DNA of 64,000 nt, taken from the NCBI GenBank assembly GCA_963674945.2, contig CAXXWQ010000003.1:288001-352000 (forward strand), given 5' to 3'. The notes under the pieces are model-generated. The model was not told the origin of the DNA. It saw nothing but the letters and a program-made list of their open reading frames with translations, and ran no database searches. Source of the DNA: an uncultured Desulfosarcina sp. Its GTDB lineage: Bacteria; Desulfobacterota; Desulfobacteria; Desulfobacterales; Desulfosarcinaceae. Made by a program: the position numbers and the translations under genes. Shown here one piece after another: positions 40,161-49,508 of this stretch (positions within the stretch are counted from its first letter, which is position 1; every line of letters begins with the position of its first letter).

Positions 40161-42616
40161 CAGAACACTGCATCTCCGGGAAAACTATGTGACACCTCCG
40201 GCATGATTTGAGGTGCTGCAGCCATTTAGTTCGAATATCATTTGCAGCTCGGTACCGGGGTATTTTACCTGCGCACTGTTCAGATGCGCAAACAGTTGGC
40301 AAAGAGCCCGATTGGCCGCTGGGAACGAAGCGCCGTGCAATCGTATATTCAATTGCTGATTTTCAATATCGGGCAGTACATCGCCTTCGGTCTGGAACAG
40401 TGTCTGGAGAAGACTCCGTGCATCCGACGAGTTTACCGTCGGACCCGTGAGCAACCCAACCATTGCCGTCTCTGCACGATATGCAATCATACGAACCGTG
40501 TCCATCAGGCGTTTTCTGCCCGGTTGTAAACGTAAAAATTTATCTTTTGCTTCAAGTTCTCCCCACGTGATGTGTTTACTTGTCTGTTTTCGTTTTTCTT
40601 TCAACTCGCTGAGTTGATACTCCATCTTTTCGATTTCTTCTAACAGCTCGGCCTTTTTCTCTATCCACTTCTTAAACTTTACCGGTTTGTCTTCATTTTC
40701 AGGGTGAATGGTCATCTCGGCAAAACAGGCACGACGATATCGTAGCTTGTTCTGCAACGAATTACGGGATTGATTCAATTGCCGCCAAACGGGGTTGATT
40801 ACCCGTTCGGTATCAGGAAATTCAACGACACCATAATCTAAAAGCACATCGATATCAAAATGTTGCATCATATAGTTGAAAAAGTTTTCCTGACACCACC
40901 GGCTGAACATGCGTGCTGCCAATTGAGTATGCGGCAAATCGAAAGCGGTGCTGATTACGCTGGTCTGGTGTCCGGAATCGGTCAGTTTTCGCACTTGTCG
41001 CATCCATGTTGCACCCTTACCAGATCCCACCAAACTACCCATTTCGCAAAGCCGCATCTTCACCACCTCTTTGTTTGGCATCGCAACTTCATGCTCGGTG
41101 AACCAATGCTCCGGCCATGATTCACCAGGATGCTTATGATACGTCATGCAGCCGATTCGATGGCGATCCCACATTTCCTTGAAGAATGCGGGACTATATC
41201 CTTCCCTGTCGAAAACAAGAACGAACCGGCATAAACATGGGTTCTCTTGTAGTTGCTGCAAACCGGGTTGATTCGGAACGTCTTGCAACAACCGGGGAAC
41301 GATATCGTCTCTTAAAACCGCCAATAATCCAGGATCGATCTGCTTTTCGACGACAAAAAAAGGTCGGCCAATCGCATCGTTAACCCAATAGTCGGTAATG
41401 CCCCTCATGCACAATCGTTCCCGGGACACGTAGCGGCGCGGTAGTCGGGTCAATTTTCCATGATAAACACGTACATGCCCGTCAACATAAAGCGCGCCAA
41501 CCGATTCGGGCGCCTGTTCCATCCAGTATTTACCGAGGTATGCGGCCCACTTTTCCGCGCCGTGGTCTGCGCTCAACGCATCCATCTTGTAACGCAAACA
41601 GCGAACCTCCGGTGCACGATCCAAGCCCAATAACTTACCAAATTCTCCCGGAGCATGGCCTCGTATTTTTTCTGTCGTCTTGATCCTGCATAAGGCCATA
41701 AACGAAAGCAGCAACAAGACATGAAAGATCGTGTAATAGCCTTTGACTTGGCCGAGGAACTGTTTTGCGCCGGTAAACAACCCGTTTGCCACCAATGACG
41801 GTATCGCACAAAGAACGCCTGCTTTGGGAACGTCCAGGCATCTGTCAAAACGAACCGGCGCACCAACCATTTTGCCCAATGATGCCAATATGCGTTCCCC
41901 GACTCGGTTGCAAGCCGTCCCCATACCATCGGCAGCAGCCATGTCGACCATGTCCCGATCTGATTTGGTTAGACACGGTTCACCAATCCTTGATTCGATT
42001 AACCGACCATCATCTATAGCTTTGCGAAACGTATCGTATTTAATGCCAAGTTCCAGGGCGGCATCTTTTTTCGAGCACCCTTGATCCAGTAAACGTTGGG
42101 CTTGTTCAAGCACCTCAGGTTTGAAAACCTTGCCGCCGCGTCGTCCCCGCCGCTGAACGAAAAATGCCTCGGCGCCGCCGGACCTGAGTTTGTTCACGGA
42201 TCGGATGACATTGCTCTTGGATACGCCGAATGTGTTTTGGATATCGATCTGGCGGCAAGCTCCGGATTCAACCAGTTGGGCTGTTATCATCCGAAACATT
42301 CGTTGATCGCCTTGTCTGTGAGAATAAATCGGAACGGTCGATAGAAAATAGGTCCAGGTCGTATCGTCACGAAATACACTGACAAGCCCGTTGATTTGTC
42401 TTGCACCGCGAGGAATAAGTGGTAGTATCTGTTGAGGCATGGCATCCTTTTCCTTTCATTTATCCGCCAAGATAATAAGGTTAAAGGTGCCATGTTCATT
42501 TTCCGGTTGCAATACCTTACCGGCCTGCTGGATTCAGACTCCTATCTTTCTGTTTTTCAACCACTTACATTATGTTTTGCTTGCCATATGCAACAATTAG
42601 GAAATCAAGTTTCCTG
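40161..42616 (-). mobile_element. 2456-bp insertion sequence with a large DDE transposase (family not assigned)
   Basis: Imperfect IRs CAGAACACTGCATCTCC / CAGGAAACTTGATTTCC (12/17); 5-bp duplication AAGAT at 40156-60 and 42617-21; removing it restores the crotonase frame. Confidence 0.92.
40185..42440 (-). CDS. Putative transposase, 751 aa (two N-terminal HTH-like regions, DDE core, coiled-coil insertion)
   Basis: LYVDGH, VFDREG, MFSRWCQENFF (IS4-like RWxxE); fills the IS. Confidence 0.88.
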   Translation of the reverse strand: MPQQILPLIPRGARQINGLVSVFRDDTTWTYFLSTVPIYSHRQGDQRMFRMITAQLVESGACRQIDIQNTFGVSKSNVIRSVNKLRSGGAEAFFVQRRGRRGGKVFKPEVLEQAQRLLDQGCSKKDAALELGIKYDTFRKAIDDGRLIESRIGEPCLTKSDRDMVDMAAADGMGTACNRVGERILASLGKMVGAPVRFDRCLDVPKAGVLCAIPSLVANGLFTGAKQFLGQVKGYYTIFHVLLLLSFMALCRIKTTEKIRGHAPGEFGKLLGLDRAPEVRCLRYKMDALSADHGAEKWAAYLGKYWMEQAPESVGALYVDGHVRVYHGKLTRLPRRYVSRERLCMRGITDYWVNDAIGRPFFVVEKQIDPGLLAVLRDDIVPRLLQDVPNQPGLQQLQENPCLCRFVLVFDREGYSPAFFKEMWDRHRIGCMTYHKHPGESWPEHWFTEHEVAMPNKEVVKMRLCEMGSLVGSGKGATWMRQVRKLTDSGHQTSVISTAFDLPHTQLAARMFSRWCQENFFNYMMQHFDIDVLLDYGVVEFPDTERVINPVWRQLNQSRNSLQNKLRYRRACFAEMTIHPENEDKPVKFKKWIEKKAELLEEIEKMEYQLSELKEKRKQTSKHITWGELEAKDKFLRLQPGRKRLMDTVRMIAYRAETAMVGLLTGPTVNSSDARSLLQTLFQTEGDVLPDIENQQLNIRLHGASFPAANRALCQLFAHLNSAQVKYPGTELQMIFELNGCSTSNHAGGVT

Positions 42617-42783
42617 AAGATATGGAATACCGAAAAGCGCTGGAATATACGGCAGAAATGATTACCCTGCTATGCTGCAGCCACGACGGACAGGAAGGCG
42701 TCAAAGCCTTCTTCAGCAAAAGAAAGCCGGATTGGAAAATGTACTAATTGCATCAATGGAAGGCAAAAAAATATTATGAATTT

Positions 42784-42857
42784 TGATGAACTCGCAAGCA
42801 GTCTATACCGGCACCAAATATCGTAAAAATATTTTTGCTACCATTACGAGTTCATCA
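42784..42857. repeat. Short inverted-repeat element (MITE/REP-like)
   Basis: TGATGAACTCGCAA...TTACGAGTTCATCA (13/14) around a 46-nt spacer. Confidence 0.55.
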
Positions 42858-42890
42858 TTATTTATCCACGGGATTTGAAAGGCTTCGATT

Positions 42891-44249
42891 ATGAAAAAAG
42901 TTCGAATAGGCGCAGGGAGCGGTTTCTGGGGTGATAACCTGGACCCGGCTGTAGAAATCGCAAAACATGGAAATGTGCAGTATCTTGCATATGATTTTTT
43001 GGGAGAGCCCACCATTCCTATCCTCCAAAAAAGACAAATGGCCAATCCCAGTCAGGGATATGTACCTGCGATCGGAGCAGTCGTTCGGAGCGCATTGCCA
43101 ATTTGCCTGGAAAAAGGAATTAAGATCTTAACAAATGCCGGAGCGGCCAACCCGCACGCCTGCGCCGAAAATATCTTGAAAAAGGCGAAAGATATCGGAA
43201 TCAAAAAACTTACGGTAGGCGTTGTAAGCACCAATGATATCCGGAAAAAGGTGGATGAGCTGTTAGATCAAGATATGAAACTTACGAATCTGGACACGGG
43301 TGCAGACGATCTCGCTAAGATAAGAGATAAAATTGTCGCAGCCTATGTCTATTCCGGGGCATATGGATTCGTAGAAGCGCTTGAAAAAGGGGCGGATATT
43401 ATCATTTCAGACAGGACCACCGATGATGCCGCCGTTCTGGCTCCGCTCATCCATGAATTTGGATGGAATTGGGACGATTATGACAAACTGGCACTGGGTA
43501 TCATGGCAGGTCACCTGATTGAATGCGGCGGCTCCTGCTCCGGTGGAATTACCAGCCTCTGGCAGGAAGTACCGAACCCGTGGGATATAGGCTACCCCAT
43601 TGCCGAAGTAACCGAACAGGGGGAATTAACGATTTCCAAGGTCGCCGGAACAGGCGGCTTGATCAACCAGGTAACGCTTACAGAACATCTTCTCTATGAA
43701 GTGCACGATCCGGGAAATTATTTCATGCCTGAAGTAATCTGTGATTTTACCAGTGTCGAGATGGAGGAAATAGCAAAAGATACCGTAAGGGTTTCGGGTG
43801 TCAAAGGCAAAAAAAGACCGGACACGCTCAAAGCTGGAATTGCATACACAGATGGCTATATTGGTGAGGTGGAGTGCTCTTTTTCATGGCCGCATGCAGT
43901 AAAGAAGGCAAAAAGAGCGATCGAAATTATCAAAAAAAGATTTGAGATGGTTGAACTTGTTGCCAATGAGGTCCGTTTTGACATTATCGGTGTCGATTCT
44001 TGTTTCTGGTCGAATGCACCTGAGCCTGACGAAAACATAAATGAAGTCAGGATAAGAGTTGCAGCCAAGTGCGATGACATACGGGAAGCATCAAAAGTTG
44101 CGCGCCAATGCGTAATGCTGATGGGATCGGGTCCCATTGGTGCAACGGGACAGCTTAATACGCCACCACCCCGAGAAGTCTTCGCCTTGTGGCCGACACT
44201 AATTCCGCGACAGGAAGTAACGAACCATGTCGAAATATTGGAGGGTTAG
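42891..44249 (+). CDS. Acyclic terpene utilisation AtuA-family (DUF1446) protein
   Basis: VRIGAGSGFWGD, DFLGE, GY, TNAGAANP, AGHLIECG, GYPIAEV, EHLLYEVHDP..Y..P. Confidence 0.92.
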   Translation: MKKVRIGAGSGFWGDNLDPAVEIAKHGNVQYLAYDFLGEPTIPILQKRQMANPSQGYVPAIGAVVRSALPICLEKGIKILTNAGAANPHACAENILKKAKDIGIKKLTVGVVSTNDIRKKVDELLDQDMKLTNLDTGADDLAKIRDKIVAAYVYSGAYGFVEALEKGADIIISDRTTDDAAVLAPLIHEFGWNWDDYDKLALGIMAGHLIECGGSCSGGITSLWQEVPNPWDIGYPIAEVTEQGELTISKVAGTGGLINQVTLTEHLLYEVHDPGNYFMPEVICDFTSVEMEEIAKDTVRVSGVKGKKRPDTLKAGIAYTDGYIGEVECSFSWPHAVKKAKRAIEIIKKRFEMVELVANEVRFDIIGVDSCFWSNAPEPDENINEVRIRVAAKCDDIREASKVARQCVMLMGSGPIGATGQLNTPPPREVFALWPTLIPRQEVTNHVEILEG

Positions 44250-44252
44250 AAG

Positions 44253-44594
44253 ATGACAGGAATTCAGTTGAAAGACATCGTTTATTCCCGATCCGGAGAC
44301 AAAGGGGATATTTGCAACATAGCAATCATAGCCAAAGAAAAAAGATATTACCCCCTGCTCCAGAAATATCTTACCCCTGAAAAAATCAAAGAATTCTTTG
44401 GTGAAATGGTAAAAGGTGATGTATTTCGCTATGAAGTGCCAACGCTGAATGCGATGAATTTTGTTCTGATGAATGCCCTTGGCGGCGGCGCAACCAGAAG
44501 TTTACGTATGGATTTCACCGGGAAGACGATGTGCCAGGTCCTTTTGGGGCTGGTGCTGAATGTTGAAGAAAACGACTTGGATCTGATTCATTGA
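44253..44594 (+). CDS. AtuA C-terminal-like small subunit
   Basis: SRSGDKGD..NI, V.RYEVP.LNAMNFVL..ALGGG...SLRMD..GK. Confidence 0.9.
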   Translation: MTGIQLKDIVYSRSGDKGDICNIAIIAKEKRYYPLLQKYLTPEKIKEFFGEMVKGDVFRYEVPTLNAMNFVLMNALGGGATRSLRMDFTGKTMCQVLLGLVLNVEENDLDLIH

Positions 44595-45006
44595 TGTACA
44601 TCTGAAAATAACGTATGAAAGGAATCAAAAGGCGGTCCTTATAGATAGGTTGTTTCTGGAAGATGGTTCATCGTCAATTTGCCTACACCTTACGCGCTGC
44701 GATAGAAGAGACACAGTGACCCATTGGGGTAAAGCGATCAAACGCAATATGGAACATGCCGATTGCACCGCACAAAGCGAATCCACGAATCTCAAAAAGC
44801 CTAAAAAACGGACAAACCTGTAAGAAGCAATTGACGCAGATAGAAAACCGGGCATCTGTTTGCCTGGAACGATAATTGGATTGGAATCGTTGCCTGTTTG
44901 CGATGTCAGGTTGAAAACTTTCTATCAATGCTGCCCACATGATCGATCATCAGGCTGTGAAGATACTTTTTAAGATGGTTTGCTTACACATTTATGGGAA
45001 AATGGT

Positions 45007-45777
45007 ATGGCTGATTGCATATTGAAATATCATAAAGAAGGAAATGTTATTTCCATCACGTTCCCATCCGAGCCAATTGGCAAGGAACTGTTTGAAACGG
45101 TTCACTTCGAATTTTCCGATCTTGGCGAAATGATATTGGCTGAAAAAGATATACGCGTTTGTGTTTTATCGGGTATCGGCACGCAGACTTTCAAGTGGGT
45201 GACGGAAAGTCGTCATGGTTTGATGTGTTGGGCGGAGTGTGTGGGAAATGCACCCTCATTGTCAAATACTGCCATGGCCATGGACGTACCACTGATCGTT
45301 GGCATGGATGGCGAAATCGAAGGGCCGGGACTCGAACTGGCGCTCTTCTGCGATGTCAGGATAGCGACGTCGACATCCCGCTTTCGGTTTCCCCACGCGA
45401 AAATGGGGTGGGCTCCTTTTGATGGCGCCACGCAGATGTTGCCGAGGGTAATCGGAAAAAGCAGGTCCCTCGAGCTGCTTTTGACCGGTTCTTCCATCGA
45501 TGCAGAAACAGCCTATCGAATTGGATTGACACACTATATCGTTAATCCCGGCGAATTGACTGCAACCCTTTTCGAAATGTCTTCCAAGATGGCAGCCAAC
45601 AGTCCGACCTCCTTGCGGTATGTGAAAGAAGCAGTGGTCAAAGGTTTGGACATGACTGTCGAACAGGGGCTTCGGTTAGAGGCTGATTTATACTTTTTAT
45701 CGCATTCTACGGAAGATCGGATTGAGGGAATCAGCGCCTTCAAAGAAAAGCGAAAGCCATTGTTTACAGGCAAATGA
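45007..45777 (+). CDS. Enoyl-CoA hydratase/isomerase family protein, divergent
   Basis: GPGLELALFCDVRIA, GATQMLPRVIG, EGISAFKEKRKP; N-terminal AGxDL motif absent. Confidence 0.87.
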   Translation: MADCILKYHKEGNVISITFPSEPIGKELFETVHFEFSDLGEMILAEKDIRVCVLSGIGTQTFKWVTESRHGLMCWAECVGNAPSLSNTAMAMDVPLIVGMDGEIEGPGLELALFCDVRIATSTSRFRFPHAKMGWAPFDGATQMLPRVIGKSRSLELLLTGSSIDAETAYRIGLTHYIVNPGELTATLFEMSSKMAANSPTSLRYVKEAVVKGLDMTVEQGLRLEADLYFLSHSTEDRIEGISAFKEKRKPLFTGK

Positions 45778-45796
45778 AACTTAATTAACGATATCC

Positions 45797-46531
45797 ATGA
45801 GCTTTCAAACGATAATTTATGAAAAAATAGAACGTATTGGTCACATTACGCTACACAGGCCCGAAGCGTTGAATGCGTTCAGTGTTCAGATGCGGGATGA
45901 TCTTTATGAGGTGCTGGATGCAATCCGATGCGATGACGAGATTCATTCTGTCATCTTAAGCGGTTCTGGGGAGAAGGCCTTTTGTGCCGGAGCGGATTTG
46001 AGCGAGTTCATGACGGCGCCGCCTCCGATACAAGCGCGTCAGATTCGGTTTCAGCGGGATATCTGGACGTTGTTTTATCGGATTCCCCAGCCGATTATTG
46101 CCGCCCTTCATGGTTACGTACTCGGCTCCGGAATTGAAATGGCCTTTTTTTGTGATATTCATATCGCATCGGATGATGCCAAATTTGGTCTACCGGAAGT
46201 GGGACTCGGGATCATTCCCGCTGCCGGTGGCACCCAAATGCTTCCCCGAACAATTGGCAGATCGAATGCGATGGAACTCTTACTCAATGGCCGCTGGATA
46301 GACGCGAAAGAAGCCTATCGTATCAAACTCATTGATCAAATTACAGAGCGCAAAGCACTGATGGATCGTGCGAAGAACGTCGCGCGCCGAATTGCCTCAC
46401 TGGATCCACACGTTGTTCGCTCTATTAAGAAAGCGGTCGTTTCAGGTATGGATCTACCGCTATCAGCAGGCCTGGAACTTGAAGATCGACTCCGTCTGAC
46501 GGCAAAAAAAAAACGTGATCGCCGAAAGTAA
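45797..46531 (+). CDS. Enoyl-CoA hydratase/isomerase family protein
   Basis: RPEALNA, FCAGADL, GSGIE, FGLPEVGLGIIPAAGGTQ. Confidence 0.93.
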   Translation: MSFQTIIYEKIERIGHITLHRPEALNAFSVQMRDDLYEVLDAIRCDDEIHSVILSGSGEKAFCAGADLSEFMTAPPPIQARQIRFQRDIWTLFYRIPQPIIAALHGYVLGSGIEMAFFCDIHIASDDAKFGLPEVGLGIIPAAGGTQMLPRTIGRSNAMELLLNGRWIDAKEAYRIKLIDQITERKALMDRAKNVARRIASLDPHVVRSIKKAVVSGMDLPLSAGLELEDRLRLTAKKKRDRRK

Positions 46532-46644
46532 ATGACCATTAAAGCCGGTGTGATCGATACGACAGCGCGGCGGCAAATGACCTTCAAGAAGGTTTACAAT
46601 TTCGGAAGAATAATAACCAAACATCGAACGAATGGAATGATATT

Positions 46645-47385
46645 GTGAAAATGATCTATCAAAATACAACTGAGGCCATCTCCGACATTCCCAGCGGCGC
46701 CATCGTGGCCATCGGTGGTTTCTTCTCTGCCGGCGTCCCTCGAACGCTAATGCGTGCACTAAAGGAATTGGACATAAAGGATTTGACAATTGCCTGCGGA
46801 TCCGGACCCCTTCTTGGCGCCGCAGAGGAAGGGAAAGCGCTTTTGGAAGGAGATCAAATCAAACGTATCATCGACTCCTACGCCCTGCCGCGTTCCATCA
46901 GCAAGGGAAAGAACAACTTACTGGAACAAAAGGTTCGCGCCGGACAAATCGAGTTGGAGGTCTATCCCATGGGAACGTTAGCCGAAAAGTATCGCGCGGC
47001 AGGGGCTGGCGTTGCAGCATTTTATATCAAGACCGGGGTCGGTACGGTAGTGGAAAAAGGTGTTGTCACAAATATAGACGACAATGTCGCTTCCAAAGAG
47101 GTCAAAATCATTAACGGCGAAACCTGCGTGCTGGAATATGCATTACGGCCGGATTTTTCCTTAGTCCATGCGTATCGGGCAGATACCGACGGAAATCTTC
47201 AATATCGAAAGACTGCGCGCAATTTCAATCATGTAATGGCCATGGCCGGTCGCGTTACCATCGCCGAGGTGGAAGAGATCGTCGAGCCGGGCGAATTGGC
47301 TCCGGATTGTGTTCACACGTCTGGAATATTCGTTCAGCGGTTGGTGAAAGTACCGAAACTCGACTTCACTATTGGGATTGATTAA
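46645..47385 (+). CDS. 3-oxoacid CoA-transferase subunit A
   Basis: IGGF...GVP, PMGTLAEKYRAAGAG, TGVGT, GNL.YRKTARNFN, VHTSGIFV. Confidence 0.93.
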   Translation: MKMIYQNTTEAISDIPSGAIVAIGGFFSAGVPRTLMRALKELDIKDLTIACGSGPLLGAAEEGKALLEGDQIKRIIDSYALPRSISKGKNNLLEQKVRAGQIELEVYPMGTLAEKYRAAGAGVAAFYIKTGVGTVVEKGVVTNIDDNVASKEVKIINGETCVLEYALRPDFSLVHAYRADTDGNLQYRKTARNFNHVMAMAGRVTIAEVEEIVEPGELAPDCVHTSGIFVQRLVKVPKLDFTIGID

Positions 47386-47836
47386 CACAGGGATGAAAAA
47401 ATGAATCGATTTGAAGGACTACCTCGCGAAATGATCGCCATGCGAGCCAGCAGAGAAATTAGCGAAGGCGACTACGTAAACCTTGGCATCGGCATACCGA
47501 CACTGATCTCCGACTGGATTGAAGGGCGCGATGTCACCTTACAGGCTGAGATTGGAATGTGCAAAACCGGTCCGCTGGCATTCGATAAAGATATCGACCA
47601 AGACCTGATCAATGCCAGCTGTCAACCGGTGACCGAACTCCCCGGATGCTCCTATTTCGATATTTCGGAATCGTTTGCCATGATTCGTGGCGGCCACATC
47701 GATGTTACCGTTATGGGCGCTTTTCAAGTCAGTGAGAACGGTGATTTCGCCGGTTGGAACAACCCGTCGAGAGGATTGAGCAGAGTGGGAAATATCGGCG
47801 GGTCCATGGATTTGGTGGCAGGGGCAAAAAAATTAA

Positions 47837-48884
47837 CTGGGGTATGCACTTAAATCCAGCACATACTATATGTTGTGGCCCAGGTCATCGTCAATTGGAT
47901 CGAGATTTAAATTTGCTGCCCCTTCCAAAAACGGTAACGATGCACCTTTAAGAGTACTAGCTGGGGCAGGGTCCACCATCACGGCCTGTTGGACCAGCCT
48001 GTAAAATAGTTTTCCGCGAGACACTGATGTTCTACGGTTGAACCTGAATGTGAATTCATCCAAATAGTACATCAAATGAGACGGTCTGACCGCCCCTTGA
48101 TAAGTACCAAGTAACCATCGTTTCATGAGCGACGCTACCAAATGTACAATCTTCAAGTCATGCGATGGAATCGCAATATGCTTAAATCCTTTATCGCCAA
48201 GGCTGCTATAGCCGGGCCAATCATCCGTCCTGATGGTGCTGCCTGGCTGGGCGATTTCTTGTACAAATTGAGTCAGACTATCTCCCGATGCGTCTTCGAG
48301 GTGCCAGAGTCTAATTCGCCCAATTCCTTTTCGGCCTTTATCCTCCACGGCAATACCGACCAAAGCTTTACCTTCAGCACCCCGACCGCGTTTTCCAGAC
48401 TTTTTCCCACCGACATAGGTTTCATCAACTTCAACAATCCCGGACAATCGGTCACGTCCTGGACGAACCATTGCTCTTCGAAGTTTATGGAGCCATTGCC
48501 AGGCGGTATTATAACTCCCAAGGTTAAGTACTCTCTGAAGCCCAAGTGCATTAGCTCCGTACTTCTGACCTGTAATGTGCCACATAGCCCGAAACCAAAG
48601 AGACAAGGGCTTTCTGGTGCCGTGAAAAATTGTACCGGAAGTTATCGTAGATTGATTTCCACAATCAGTACAATGAAACTGGGATCGTTTAGTTCTCCAC
48701 GAGGATGCAGAACCGCAATGAGGGCAACGGAAGCCTTCGGGCCATCTAAGAGCCATCAAATAGTCAGTGCATCCAGCTTCAGAGCTAAATCGTTTTTCAA
48801 ATTCTATCAACGTTCTGGGGTAATCTTCCTCCATAGACTGGTACACTATATGTTGTGGCCACTGGAGTCAAGTGCATACCCCAG
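47837..48884 (-). mobile_element. IS1595-family insertion sequence (1048 bp)
   Basis: IRs CTGGGGTATGCACTTAAATCCAG / CTGGGGTATGCACTTGACTCCAG (21/23); 8-bp duplication AAAATTAA at 47829-36 and 48885-92. Confidence 0.95.
47866..48846 (-). CDS. IS1595-family transposase
   Basis: RWPEGFRCPHCG...CTDC zinc ribbon, VEVDETYVGG, TDDW, YLDEFTFRFNRR. Confidence 0.95.
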   Translation of the reverse strand: MYQSMEEDYPRTLIEFEKRFSSEAGCTDYLMALRWPEGFRCPHCGSASSWRTKRSQFHCTDCGNQSTITSGTIFHGTRKPLSLWFRAMWHITGQKYGANALGLQRVLNLGSYNTAWQWLHKLRRAMVRPGRDRLSGIVEVDETYVGGKKSGKRGRGAEGKALVGIAVEDKGRKGIGRIRLWHLEDASGDSLTQFVQEIAQPGSTIRTDDWPGYSSLGDKGFKHIAIPSHDLKIVHLVASLMKRWLLGTYQGAVRPSHLMYYLDEFTFRFNRRTSVSRGKLFYRLVQQAVMVDPAPASTLKGASLPFLEGAANLNLDPIDDDLGHNI

Positions 48885-49186
48885 AAAATTAATTATCGCC
48901 ATGGAGCATACCACAACCAAAGGCGCTGCAAAGATCGTTAAAGAACTATCCTTCTCTGCCACTGGTTTAGGCGTGGTCAATAAAATTTTTACCGATCTGG
49001 CGGTAATTGAGGTAACCCCTGAAGGATTGGTGCTTCAGGAAGTCTTTCCAGGATTGACTGCTGAAAACATCCAGTCAGTGACAGAGGCGAAATTAATCAT
49101 CTCTCCCTCCCTGAAGGATATTGAACTTTAAAGAAACGAAAACAAAATATTTCGTGAACTGATTTATGAAACGAAAGGAGTATAAC

Positions 49187-49309
49187 ATGGCAAACCAATC
49201 CGGAAAAAGATATGTCTGTGAAAAATGTGGGGCGGAATATATCGTCACACGTGCAGGAAAGGGTGATTTAAAATGCTGTGGAACCCTAATGGTTGAAAAA
49301 GGAAAATGA
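49187..49309 (+). CDS. Desulforedoxin-like miniprotein 1 (40 aa)
   Basis: AAGGAG RBS; MANQSGKRYVCEKCGAEYIVTRAGKGDLKCCGTLMVEKGK*; CxxC-x15-CC. Confidence 0.85.
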   Translation: MANQSGKRYVCEKCGAEYIVTRAGKGDLKCCGTLMVEKGK

Positions 49310-49343
49310 TACTGTTTAGAAAAGATATAAAGGAGACATGAAC

Positions 49344-49484
49344 ATGGCACAACTTGGCAAACGATATCATTGTGAAGTATGCGGGACGACAATCCTCTGC
49401 ACGAAAGCAGGGAAGGGAAATCCAGAATGTTGTGATCAAGAAATGAAGACCCAAGAACCTCGACCATTGCCCTCTTCAGACTGA
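49344..49484 (+). CDS. Desulforedoxin-like miniprotein 2 (46 aa)
   Basis: AAGGAG RBS; MAQLGKRYHCEVCGTTILCTKAGKGNPECCDQEMKTQEPRPLPSSD*; CxxC-x15-CC; alternative ATG at 49338. Confidence 0.85.
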   Translation: MAQLGKRYHCEVCGTTILCTKAGKGNPECCDQEMKTQEPRPLPSSD

Positions 49485-49508
49485 TGACACAAAATTTGGA
49501 ATAAAATT

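Larger units (their letters stand above)
39507..42747 (+). pseudogene. Enoyl-CoA hydratase/isomerase (crotonase) split by an IS
   Basis: 5' part RPKVKNA, FCSGGDL, GGGVG ends YNIED at 40160. It resumes in frame after the duplicated AAGAT as MEYRKALE...EGVKAFFSKRKPDWKMY* (stop 42745-47). Confidence 0.92.
47401..49131 (+). pseudogene. 3-oxoacid CoA-transferase subunit B split by IS1595
   Basis: YVNLGIGIPTL, QAEIG, MIRGGHID, GGSMDLVAGAKKL, resuming after the IS as IIAMEH...TDLAVIEV...DIEL*. Confidence 0.93.

Noticed and set aside
48142..49131. 329-aa plus-strand ORF
   Set aside because: Antisense of the IS1595 transposase running into the orphaned 3' part of CoA-transferase B.
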